NCBI RefSeq assembly: GCF_006345805.1
Contig: NC_043007.1
Span: 54,498,001 to 54,562,000 of the forward strand
Direction of reading: 5' to 3'
DNA length: 64,000 nucleotides
Source: Octopus sinensis
Taxonomy: Eukaryota
Below, in pieces: positions 1 to 9,984 of this stretch. The first letter of the stretch is position 1; each line of letters starts with the position of its first letter. Under the pieces are notes generated by a model that was not told where the DNA came from, searched no databases, and saw nothing but the letters and a program-made list of their open reading frames with translations. The position numbers and the translations under genes were made by a program.

Positions 1-1006
1 TGAGTCAACCTCGTTATTTTCTACATAGCAGACCGTTACATAAACAGGCAAAGGTAATCTTTCGTTTTAACTCGAACTAATGTAAACACTGAATCGGCCA
101 TACATACACACACACACATACATAGATACATACACACACACACATACATACATGTACACATACACCGAGTAAAAAATTTCAGTTATCTCTTTCTTTCACA
201 CATTACTCTCTCTGTCTCTTCACACACACTAACAGAAGCACTTCACTTACACAACATACTGTCTGTCTCTCACACCCCATCAAACACACACACATGTACA
301 TCAATGCTTCCCCTGGACGGTAAATTCAAAAGAACTTCCCTCGTCATAAAATCGCTTTCTCTTAGTCTCTTTCGCTCTCATTACTTCAAAAGTTCCCGCA
401 AGCCCATATGTAAAAAAAAAAGAAGTTTTTTACGGAAATCGACGGAAAGGTCTACTAGAGACGAAAGATCGCCTTTTATTTAATAAATGACTTTTAACTC
501 TTCAACGACGAACATCACCAACTGATGTTTCAACGATTTTACATTTATACGGCTATCATCAAAGAAATGTAAATAAATTTACGGCATTTTCGATAAAAAG
601 ATTGTAAATTTTATTGTGCGAGAGACAAACAATTACTATAGCTTCCGTACTTCTGATAACAATCCGTTAAGAAATCAAAAATCTTCAAGTGGTTGTAAGA
701 AAACGAAAAAGATCCAAACGAAAATAATTATAAAAATTACCCTAACAAAAAAGATTTTTTTCTTTTTCTTTTTTACATATATATATGGTTTTTCCCCATT
801 TGGTGCATATTCATGCATCCCTTTCCCACCGTTACGCATTTTGTGCACGTGATACCTAAATTCATGTTTGTATTTTCCCGGATAGCTTTCGTTTCGTTAT
901 CATTTCCGCAAATATATGTACTATATTCGGATATTTACATTCTGTCTACTCAAAACGAAAGATCGCCGATCGCCCCACATTAAAATACGGCGATCGAAAG
1001 ATTGCC

Positions 1007-1674
1007 TAAAATACAAATCAAAAACTCAAGAAAAAAAAGAGGAAGAAAGAAAGAAAGAAAAAAAGCATCAATTGAAGACGTCCTCGATTAGTCCCGAAGG
1101 TCGCTAAATGTTTTATATGTACTTAAAACCAAAGAATATTGAAGACGTCCTCGATTAGTCCCGAAGGTCGCTACAAAACCACATTAAAATACAAATCAAA
1201 AACTCAAGAAAAAAGGAGGAAGAAAGAAAGAAAGAAAAAAAGCATCAATCGAAGACCAATGTCCTCGATTAGTCCCGAAGGTCGCTAAATGTTTTATATG
1301 TACTTAAAACCAAAGAATATTGAAGACGTCCTCGATTAGTCCCGAAGGTCGCTACAAAACCACATTAAAATACAAATCAAAAACTCAAGAAAAAAGGAGG
1401 AAGAAAGAAAGAAAGAAAAAAAGCATCAATTGAAGACGTCCTCGATTAGTCCCGAAGGTCGCTAAATGTTTTATATGTACTTAAAACCAAAGAATATTGA
1501 AGACGTCCTCGATTAGTCCCGAAGGTCGCTACAAAACCACATTAAAATACAAATCAAAAACTCAAGAAAAAAGGAGGAAGAAAGAAAGAAAGAAAAAAAG
1601 CATCAATCGAAGACCAATGTCCTCGATTAGTCCCGAAGGTCGCTAAATGTTTTATATGTACTTAAAACCAAAGA
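1007..1674. repeat. higher-order tandem repeat (177/181-bp monomers, 358-bp dimer) with seven copies of a 33-bp core
   Basis: Core GAAGAC(CAAT)GTCCTCGATTAGTCCCGAAGGTCGCTA at 1074, 1141, 1251, 1322, 1432, 1499 and 1609. The spacers are themselves repeated. Confidence 0.95.
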
Positions 1675-2042
1675 TTTTCCATTTTAAAATTATTAAACAT
1701 ATCGTTTTTAAGGCAGAAAATAGGAAATTACTTAGATAAAAGTTAAACATGAGCACTGATACATTCACAAGTACCCTTTCCCCTTTCTTTTAATTAGTGC
1801 AGTTATTTTCACTTTGTCTGCCGTATTAAATAAACAAAGATCGAGAGGTGACCGATAGCTTCTAACGACTTTCTAGGGTAATTAATTAACCTTCATTGCA
1901 GACGCAATGTCGCCTCAATTGATTTTGCTAGACATTGTAACACAAGATGACTGTTAAAAGTCGAAACGGCTCAAATACACCAGCACACCCAAAGAAATCG
2001 GGGATTAATTTCTAAATCAAATAAGATTTTATAAGGATATAT

Positions 2043-2055
2043 AAAAAAGCAAAAA
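2043..2055 (-). terminator. RNA polymerase III oligo-T terminator of tRNA-Ala
   Basis: T5 and T6 runs begin about 16 nt downstream of the tRNA 3' end on the minus strand. Confidence 0.8.
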
Positions 2056-2071
2056 GAATCTGTTACAGATT

Positions 2072-2143
2072 TGGAGATGCCGGGTATCGAACCCGGGGCC
2101 TTTCGCATGCAAAGCGAACGCTCTACCACTGAGCTACATCCCC
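2072..2143 (-). tRNA. tRNA-Ala (anticodon TGC), 72 nt, intronless
   Basis: GGGGATGTAGCTCAGTGGTAGAGCGTTCGCTTTGCATGCGAAAGGCCCCGGGTTCGATACCCGGCATCTCCA: full cloverleaf, G3:U70 alanine identity pair, intact A and B boxes. Confidence 0.97.
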
Positions 2144-4799
2144 GATACGTTACTGAAGGATAAATTATTAACATTAAATTTAATTGTGATAGACTAATTA
2201 ATTTATATCTATACTTTAAGGTATAATGAAGTTTCTTTATGAATTTGTGTTGCAAGATTCCTGATGTGAAACCGTGAATTGAAACATATTGTAATATTTC
2301 GGGGAGATAATTTTTTTTGCACTATATGTTGGTTCTTCACTTGTTTATTACTGATCTTATTTTATCTTATGTCCAAACCAAACAAAAAGTTAATTTTTTA
2401 CAGAACAAACGTAAAATGCATGGAAAATACCAGGTTATCGTCGAGGTTGTTTCAATCGACATAGAAATTCTAACTTACTGTCAGTTGACTTAATTCCTAC
2501 TCAAGGTATTTTATTATCCACTTTATTAACTTAAAATACAGATCACAGAACGAGAATGCGGTCCTCAAACGAAGAGAAAAAAAATGAGTTGCAGCCACCG
2601 AGGGAGCTAACTCCTTTTTAACACTTTGTCTAAGGGAGATAACCTTAAAACTTATACCAAAGGAAAATAATTTTCTACTATGATAAATATTCTTGTGCTT
2701 TTCTCCGTCGTAACATATGAATGAGAAAGGAAGGGGTGATAGATGAATAAGGAAGGGTGATGGCAAACTTGGTAGTAGGTGCGCTTCAACTCTGTGTGAG
2801 TATATGTATGTGTATGTAAAAGGGATGTATGTGAATCTGTGTGTGTGCGTGAGCAATGGAAGTTGGATGGTGAACATTCAACGCTGAAAAGGAAAATCAA
2901 ACAGTGTTTCAACTCTGTATGAGTATATGTGTGTATGCGTGTGCGTGTACAAAGGAAGTATGTGAATGTTTGTGTGAACCAGCGTTCTTTCAGTAGCAAA
3001 CAATGATCAATGTCACATCTCAAAAGACAACCACTAAATAACATTGACAAGTGTATTAATTTGATTTACCATCCATATTTATATATAAAATACTGCGATT
3101 AGCCGTCATTTTTTATGGCACAGGGCCTGCTTGTTTATTAATATTTACTGGCATTTCGTCGAGGGTTCCAGCTGAGTGATCTAGAGCAACAAGAAATAAA
3201 GTGTTTTGCTCATTAATATTTAGCTAACTTATCGTTATTGTAGTTTCGTTGATGCTTCTCTGTTCTTTTTTTCTGTAATATCTTCTTCAGCCTCTTCTCT
3301 ACCATAGATAACCAAAGAATATATTAGTGAAAAATCTGATTAGAGAAATCAGAGGGCTGAAGTAGCAAAGGATCTTCTCAAGCAAATTGGTTAAGCTGAC
3401 AGCAGTGAAATTATTCCCCATGTTGATCAGTTTATTAACAAGAATGGTGTCTCAAAAGATGAAATCCTAACTATATCTGCCATCTTGCCTATTTCAACTT
3501 TTCCTTTCAATTTTCACCCGTGTTGCTCTGATGTCACTGTGTCTACATAAAGTATTTCTGGAGCATTTGTTTTGAAAATTAGACTTTCGACCATCAAACC
3601 AAATCCATTCTTCTTCAAAGACTGATATTTTAAAACATTGTTTAAAATTTTGTGTTCTCAAGCATTTTGTGAAAGACTTTTCATTCCTATCTATGTTTGC
3701 CTATGTTCTTTGGTGTGTCTTGTTGCACACCATGACAGTATAATTTCTTATGGGGAGGAAAAAAAAATTTAGAGACTCGGAGAGAGCTGAAGAGTTTCGT
3801 TATGGGAGAGAATTTAATTCATTTATAATTATAAATGCAAAATTCTGTTTGTCCGTCCATCTGGGACCTCTGTATCTCAGTCTATATTTGCTCTACATAG
3901 ACATATTATACCTATTTTGAATCATGATGATCCCACGATTGAAAATCTGCCCTTCATTTGATTCTTGAACATCCAGCATTGGGATCAGGTCTAGATGAGG
4001 ATTTGTTATCTGCTAATAGTTGAAAATTCAAATTTTAAAAGAACTCCAAAAATTTGTGAACTTTTTTCATTTAAACTGAATTTAAAATAATACCATATTG
4101 GTTGGGTAATACCATACTGGTAGGGTATCAATAAATGCTTTATTATTATTGCTCTCTTTAGTTTGGGGCTGCAGGCCCAATTAGCCCTCCATAGGAGCTA
4201 GCTTAAAAGTCCACATGGAGTACAACTTTTAAGCTAGTATAATCTAAATGTAAAAAATTGCTTTGAGATTGTCTTGCACAGTGTTGTAAATCAAATTTAA
4301 AGCTATCTACCTTGTGTGAAAAAGTAAAGTAGAAGCAATAAAGTAGGATTCAACAAAAGAGCAATTTTGGTTCACATTCTTTGTCCAAACACCTCAACAA
4401 TCATATCCAAATGATTGAGTAATATATTTTCATATTGAATTAAAATTTCCCCAAATTACTACATTTTTTTCCATTCAGAATGGAATTTATTGTGGTTTTT
4501 TAAATTCTGAATTAACCTTTTCTCTCTTTTGTCCTCACTGCCTCTCAAGCCTGGCATCTTTCCTTCTTCCTTTTAAACCTACTGCTTCATTAGTAACTTG
4601 CTCATATGAGTTCACCTACATACACACACACAACTGTGACACAAATGTAACTTACTAAATACCATGCAATCCAATGAAATATCAACAGTGGAGTCCATCA
4701 CTGCCAATATTAAAGGATCACCAGCAATACACCAGATCTTATTGATGTTTTGTTAATGTAGCAAGACCTAGGATTCAATCCCCATTTGCTGTTATCAGG

Positions 4800-5032
4800 C
4801 TAGTGCTATGATTATCTGACTATCATCTGTTCCCTAACATGAAAAAACACTTGGCTGGGAACTAGTATTGCAGTGATGGTGACATCATATCTGCTGTTAT
4901 TGGACTTTTTTGATTAACAGGACGAAAGCATCTTCACCAATGGGATCCAAGCATGTTGAAAGATAAACTTCATTTCATCACATTCCATGAGAATATCTTA
5001 GTCCACCCATGAACTTTTCAGCCAACACTCAT
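4800..5032 (+). mobile_element. mariner 3' fragment
   Basis: Encodes SDYHLFPNMKKHLAG...DIISAV, has a YVEK-stop-like end, and a terminal AACTTTTCAGCCAACACTCA followed by TA. Confidence 0.65.
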
Positions 5033-5184
5033 ACTCTTACACCAAAGACTACAGTAACAATGGAGACGAGCTCACATTCACAATAGTGATGACCCAATAC
5101 CAACAAGTTATCTCACTATGATGACAATCTATATCACCATGACAGTAAATTAAGAACTGTATATCTCCACCTAATACTATATGA

Positions 5185-5385
5185 GTTGCAGCATCACTGA
5201 TGCTAAGCTGTATCCTTTGCCTTTCCCTTGGATAACATCAGTGGCATGGAGAGGGAAAGCTGGTATGCATGGGTAACTGCTGGTCTTCCATAAACAGACT
5301 TGTGCCTCAGATGGTAACTTTCTAGGTGCAATCGCATGGTCATTCATAACCAAAGAGGGTCTTTACCCTTTATCCTTACTCTTTA
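5185..5385 (+). mobile_element. degenerate retroposon 3' tail
   Basis: ggtaactttctaggtgcaatc...gggtctttacccttta resembles a dispersed octopus retroposon tail (from recall, not searched). Confidence 0.35.
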
Positions 5386-6809
5386 CTATATGTCTCTATC
5401 TAACAGCCTAATTCTGTATTTGAATGTACCCACTCCAGTGTTGTATGTTAACTTCTTTGCCATCCAAAATAAACAGACCATTGTGACCTCGCAAATCTGC
5501 CTCAACCACCCTTCTACCTCACATCTCATAACACTTAAAGTAATTCACTTTATAACTGTGAGCCCTACACCCAATCTCCACCATCCGTTTCCCATGCATT
5601 CTTCCACTAACCCTGTTACTTTATTATCCTTTCAACATTACTGGAAACTCTTTTATCACATCCTACCCAGTCCTTATTAAAGAATTTTGTATGAATATTT
5701 TATTTCTTATATTTAATTAAATTTTCAACATTAACCTAGTTGAAACTGAAATTTAAATTCAAGTCTTGGGCAGAAATATCATTATTACATGAAAAATAAT
5801 ATTAGATGCAGAAATTTGTCTTTTATTGAGTTCATTAGATATTTCACTAAACCACTCATAATTCTTGATTATTTTAAATATTAAAGCCATTCTGAGACTC
5901 CTTTTTTCTTTTTTTTTTGTTAGAAAAAGAGTCACAGAATGGTTAATGTAACAAATAAAAATTAATATGATAAAAGAATATGTTCTTTGCCATTATGCAC
6001 ATATATGCTCCCAAATCTATACAAATCATAGTCTGAGAAATCTCATTCATTTTTACCTTTTCTTGCTTTGACAGTTTGCTTAGGCACTAGTACCAAAAGA
6101 CTAGTTCAATGAATATCACTTTTGGTTTGTAAATTTTGATCGGGTTACTGTATGTGACAATAGAAACTGCACTAATATATTCTCCAGTTAATGGCAGTAA
6201 TGTGACCGCCCTGTAGTTTGGGAACCTCAAATAATAAACCTTCTTCCTATTGCAGGTTCAATCATTCCAAAAACCCATTACTTCCTAACAACTCATCTAA
6301 TATGATGATTCCATTTGGCAAATAGAGATCATCAATCTCATCAACAACACTTTCAATTCTTAATTTCATTGAATTAGCAATTAAATATCGCAGAGCTCAT
6401 TTTCTTAAATGGAACTGCTATTCAATAACAGTAACATGGGCCATGTCCAATTAATGACAGGTTCACTTCTGCTTATCAGCTGTCAAAACTCATAAATAGA
6501 TTAGGAAAATAATTTTATTTAAAGACAAATTACTATATTAAAAACTTCCTTCTGATATTGTAGTCTCTTTGCAGCAATTCTTACTGAACATCTCAGTATT
6601 TTACAATACTGAACTTCATATTGCTTCACAATTTATAGACTTCTGTTATTGGCAACAACAACTATTTTTGAAACCATTCTATGCTGTCCCACTTGGTTAT
6701 ATGAATTTCAACAAGTAATTGATGATAACTCATTGCTAATATAGGTAAAAGATATTGAAACATGTTTCAAATGCCATCAACTGTGCAGGGGACTGGGGTC
6801 ATTAGAGGT

Positions 6810-7640
6810 AGTAGATAGCTTCTGTTATCTTGGAGACCTAGTTAGCAGAGGTGGAGGAACTTCTGAAAGTGTAGTTGCTAGGATAAGGACAGGCTGGGAA
6901 AAGTTCAGAGAGCTTCTAACTTTGTTGGTAACTAAGGGCCTCTCTCTCTGAGTGAAAGGCAGATTGTATGATGCTTGTGTACATACAGCTATGTTACATG
7001 GCAGTGAAACATGGTCTTTGACTACAGAGGACCTGCAAAGGCTTGAAAGAAATAAAGCTAGCATGCTCCACTGGATAGGTAATGTCAGTGTGCATGCACG
7101 ACAGAGTGTAAGTGATTTAAGAGACATCAGATGTTGTGTGCAAGATTTAGTCATGTGATGCATATGGATGAGGACAGCTGCATAAAGAAGTTCCATATCT
7201 CAAATTGTGGAGGGTACCTGTGGAAGGGGTAGACCCAGGAAGACGTGGGATGAAGTGGTGAGAAAGGATCCTCAGACACTGAGCCTCACTGAGGAAATGA
7301 CAAGGGACCAGGAGATGTGATTTGCTGTACTTGATAATATGTGTCAAGCTAAGTAAAATCACTGTCTTCAAGTGCTGGTGCCACTTAAAAAGCATCCGTG
7401 CTGGTGCTGCATTAATGCACCTTCTTCCAGAGCTATGTAAATGCACCCATGCTAGTGGCATGTAGAAAGCACACATCACTCTCTGTTAAGTGGTTGGTAT
7501 TAGGAAGAGCATCCAGCAGTAGAAACCATGCCACAACAGACAGTCGGAATCTAGACAGTTCCCTGCTAGCCAACTCCATGTCAAACTATCTGACCCATGC
7601 CAACATAGAAAGAGGGTGTTAAACAATGACAATGATGATG
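6810..7640 (+). mobile_element. old 5'-truncated RTE LINE
   Basis: Encodes KGRLYDACVHTAMLHGSETW...; has the conserved 3' end (aggaagagcatccagc) and a degenerate GAT tail. Confidence 0.9.
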
Positions 7641-8849
7641 TTTATACTATCAAAATGTGAAGTTACAAGTTAATGACATGTGCAAATATATCTTCATGAT
7701 TGTAAAAGAATCCAATAGTCAAATATATAAGCTTCCAACAAGTCATAGTGCACTTGAGCATTGTAATACAATGAGCTCTTTAAAAGCAAACATCTAGTCC
7801 TTAGAGAAAGAAATCTAAATATATGATAACAAGAGCACACAATCATGAAAAACCATCTTAATAGTATTAGCTGTGTGGTATTATTGAAATTGAAATCTGT
7901 ATCTCTTATTATAAATTGCTAATAAAAGAAAGGGATGTTATTGGTAGCCATGATAATAGTGAAAGAGATTAGACCTTCAACTGTTAAGGCAATTACAAGA
8001 GTAGATGTGCTGAAGTTTGCTTTTGTCTTTTTGCATATTTGCTTGTTGGATTTTTTTTACTCTTATTGTGTAATTGATTTGTGATTTTACATTTTGGTTG
8101 TATCTTTACGTTCAAAGGGTTAATTAAATAAAAGACTATTGATTTCTTAGTTAATTGATACTTATTTTATTGATCCCTGAATGATAAAAGTCAGTTTGTG
8201 GGCAGCTGTTAGTTTCATTAGCTATCAGACATAACGATCAGTTAGTGAGATGGTCACTTATTCAAATGAGCAACTAAAGGCTTAATAAGACACTTTTATT
8301 TTAGTTCATTTTCTACATTTTATCTATGGTTGCTCAAACATGGTATATGATTTTTTTTTTCTTCAGTCTCTGGGAAATGCATCTATTTTAGAAGAACACA
8401 AAAGACAACCTGTATCTTTAGAAGTAGGCAATATTGTCTTTATTCTTTTTATTGTTGTGATTTTAAATATATGTATCTTTGTCACTACAAAACAATAAAA
8501 TAACAAAAGTTTGAATGAGTGAGTGAAGTTATCATTTTGTTTTATGTAGTTCTGTTGTGTAGATGGTGATTCCACATTTTTCAGATGTTCATAGAGTTTA
8601 CTCTGTTGCCTTCCATGGCATTCACTATGTTGTAAGCATTTGAACTAGGCTCCTGGCAAGGGGTTATCATGTCTTCACAGCACACCAACACCTGCTACAC
8701 TTCCCTAGATGTTTAATAGTAAAACTAAACCCACTGGACAATTCACCTTCTATGTCCATAGAATTTCATCCAGTTCAAACCCTGTACATTGCTTTCCAAC
8801 TAATACTCAAAATCACAATTCCAATTCCACTCCAAGACACAAATTCTAC

Positions 8850-9320
8850 AATCATTACCTCAGTCCATGTTACACTTTATATTGAAACTTCGCTCTAAAA
8901 GGTGGCATCTCAACATTTGTAGATTCCACTGCTCTCTCTACCCTGCATATATCAGCAACAGGAATTCCAGTTGCTCTGACAGAAAGTCCCCTTTTCCGAC
9001 TTCTCCAAATACATCTGTTTCATTTGCTGCTCTCTGAACTCCTCCAACCACCAACAACTAACCATACCAAGGACATTTATCTAAAGTAACTCCTCCTTGA
9101 AGTCATCATTCTCAATGACTTCAACACTCACAACTCTTCTTGGACTTCATACTCATCCCACACCAATGTCACTAGTGTAGAAACTGAATCTTTCACAATC
9201 CTCAACTCACTACATCAACTCCTGTTATAGTGGCTTCAACACTTCTGGAGTGGTTAATGTTGTTCCATCTCTATTGAGACACTCCCAACTTATCTGTCAT
9301 CACTCTAACTTTACCTTTCC
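8850..9320 (+). mobile_element. highly degenerate LINE AP-endonuclease remnant
   Basis: IILNDFNTHNSSW near 9102 matches the APE GDFNAH motif. Confidence 0.45.
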
Positions 9321-9843
9321 TCTGGAAATCCCTCCCTATATGTCTTTTCTAAATACATTAGCTTGAAAATGTTTAAGAGAAATATAAATGTTTAATCACA
9401 AAATTCTCCTCACTCTCAGTCAGCCTATAAAAGCTATAAAGACAGTCCTATTTCTCTGGGGCAAACCAAATCCATCAACATTATTATTGTTATAAATTTC
9501 AATGAAACAGTTAGTTCACATTAAAACTCCACCTAAACATAAACAACAAAATAAAATTTCTAATACCAAAATGCAAGTATTTTTGTTCTTTTGGAGTGAA
9601 AGTGATGTTTGTATGTAAATTAAGATTTGTTGTAAAATTCTCAAAGGAAAATCAGTTCTAGAAGCTAAATCAATCAATTGTATTCATTGATTTCTTACTT
9701 AAAGTTCAGTAAAAAAGTAAGGAAATGAGTCTGTGATATTCATGGCTTTAAGACAGTGACATTATATCATAATTTTCAAAAAGTTATAAACAGTTTATCT
9801 CCACCAAGATGTGTCTTAAAATAACAACTTGTCTTAAATTTTG

Positions 9844-9849
9844 TTTATT
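9844..9849 (-). promoter_or_regulatory. candidate polyadenylation signal AATAAA of GPATCH11
   Basis: AATAAA on the minus strand about 75 nt after the stop codon. The hexamer is common in AT-rich DNA. Confidence 0.3.
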
Positions 9850-9922
9850 CTGATACTAAATTAAACAATGAAATGTTCTGTAAAAAAAAAAACAGGAAGA
9901 TTATTGAGACAGAAACGTATGT

Positions 9923-9984
9923 TTACATTGATTCATGAGCAGATCGGCAATTTCCAGGACAATTTTCATCCATGTCTTTTATAC
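9923..9984 (-). CDS. GPATCH11: GPATCH11 last coding exon
   Basis: Acceptor cttattatag|; encodes (S)IKDMDENCPGNCRSAHESM-stop; the CPG...H C-terminal motif is present. Confidence 0.9.

Noticed and set aside
1-90. Exon of a neighbouring gene at the left edge
   Set aside because: An AG...GT pair gives only a 25-nt plus-strand candidate, and the minus-strand ATG frame stops after 21 codons.
1074-1645. CRISPR array (33-bp repeats with spacers)
   Set aside because: The spacers are only two alternating repeated sequences, there are no cas genes, and the context is eukaryotic; it is a tandem repeat.
2072-2143. tRNA as a SINE head or pseudogene
   Set aside because: Perfect cloverleaf with G3:U70, an immediate oligo-T terminator and no SINE body, so it is called as a real tRNA.
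2497-3050. 126-aa and 132-aa ORFs
   Set aside because: Translations of (CA/TA)-rich degenerate repeats with a local duplication of about 120 bp; no coding signal.
3300-3720. piggyBac-like transposase relic (NMGNNFTAVSLTNLLEK on the minus strand)
   Set aside because: A single weak motif with no TIR or TTAA support.
8200-8250. Hammerhead ribozyme-like CTGATAG...GAAAC on the minus strand
   Set aside because: The core deviates from CUGANGA and there is no convincing stem II.
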